Source: Sphyrna mokarran
Taxonomy: Eukaryota
Direction: 5' to 3'
Length of the DNA stretch: 64,000 bases
Assembly (NCBI GenBank): GCA_024679065.1
Contig: JAGIQG010000032.1
Span: forward strand, 5,890,001-5,954,000
Shown: positions 63,058-64,000 of the stretch, piece after piece
How positions within the stretch are numbered: position 1 is the first letter of the stretch
How the letters are laid out: every line of letters starts with the position of its first letter
Notes under the pieces: generated by a model
Told to the model about the DNA's origin: nothing
The model's database searches: none
What the model saw: only the letters and a program-made list of their open reading frames with translations
Position numbers and translations under genes: made by a program

Positions 63058-64000
63058 TTTCAAATTAGTAGATGACTTACTGTAAGGGTGTATTATATAA
63101 ATGATGTCTAAACAAGGCATACAAATTTCAAGTTTAAAATTTTAAAGCACAGGATGCTGCATAAGTGGAGGATAAATAGATATACTCAAAGCACAGGCCC
63201 ATATATAATGGATTGAAAGGAATTTCAAACTCTTTAGCATACAAGACTATAACCCCTCTGGGATTCACAGGGCAAATAAAACTTGAAAGGCTACTCCTAG
63301 AAGTGGAACAAGCATACATTCAGTTCACCCAAGTATGCATACTCTTCGCATAACTGACCCTTCACCAACTGTCAGTATTGCTCATGTTATGCATGTGTAT
63401 CACAAATATTTTGTTAACAGCGCAACTTGGGTTAACGTTTACAATTCACCCAACTGTGTGATATGATCATCCATAGGTTTACAATATGAAAACAAATAGT
63501 ACAGCACTAAAACTCAAGGCTCCTGCAGTAAAATTATAAACCTGCTTTAGGAAGGGTTTGGCCACGGTGGCAAAATGTTTTTTCATTCTTTTTTTGCAAC
63601 TGGTGCATTTTACATCCCTTGCTCACCTCACTCGCAGCTCCCTGAAATCCATTTGACTTTGAGCTGCAATATTTCATTTGTCGACTTAAATTATTTATAT
63701 GAAAGAACCTGCAAAGTGTCAGAAACACCGCTGCAAAATCGGCAGGTAGCTGTCACAAGCAGATTTCATCACCCAATTGAAAGACTGCAAATCCTGTAGG
63801 ACAACTTTATTATAATGAACTGCATTTTGTTATCATTAATTATTCTCTCCCCGCAGTTCCAGATTTCCCCCTCAGAGACTTCACTGAATTTGTGGTATCT
63901 ATGCGATAGGAACCTTGTAAATTTGCCCATTTCGAGAGTGGAAAAAATGCAAGGGGAAAATGCGAGTTGTCAAAGCAAACATTTTTACAGCAGCATTTTA

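Overview
Vertebrate genomic DNA, almost certainly an elasmobranch (shark), judged from dense HE1/V-SINE, CR1/HER1-type LINE, DeuSINE and Penelope repeats. It contains two convergent multi-exon genes reconstructed by hand from GT-AG junctions and reading frame. TIMM23 (+ strand) has 7 coding exons, 1228-38444, 214 aa. NCOA4 (- strand) has 10 coding exons, 60047-43623, about 674 aa; its non-coding exon 1 is probably beyond the window. The TIMM23 CpG promoter lies between two different minisatellites and probably also drives PARG on the - strand. No wholly new system is evident. Best leads: (i) this NCOA4 appears remodelled, with a triplicated YxxxAWGxxQGLExWL motif, apparent loss of the ferritin-binding Trp (human W497), an OPTN-like LIR and two tandem exon-9-like exons; (ii) an inverted repeat with a perfect 25-bp core bracketing frame-shifting TIMM23 exon 5; (iii) a CR1-type LINE family whose 3' UTR carries a decayed whole V-SINE; (iv) Penelope remnants with minimal hammerhead ribozyme motifs. 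Homology statements rest on recalled human protein sequences and repeat consensus, not on database searches. Repeat boundaries are approximate.
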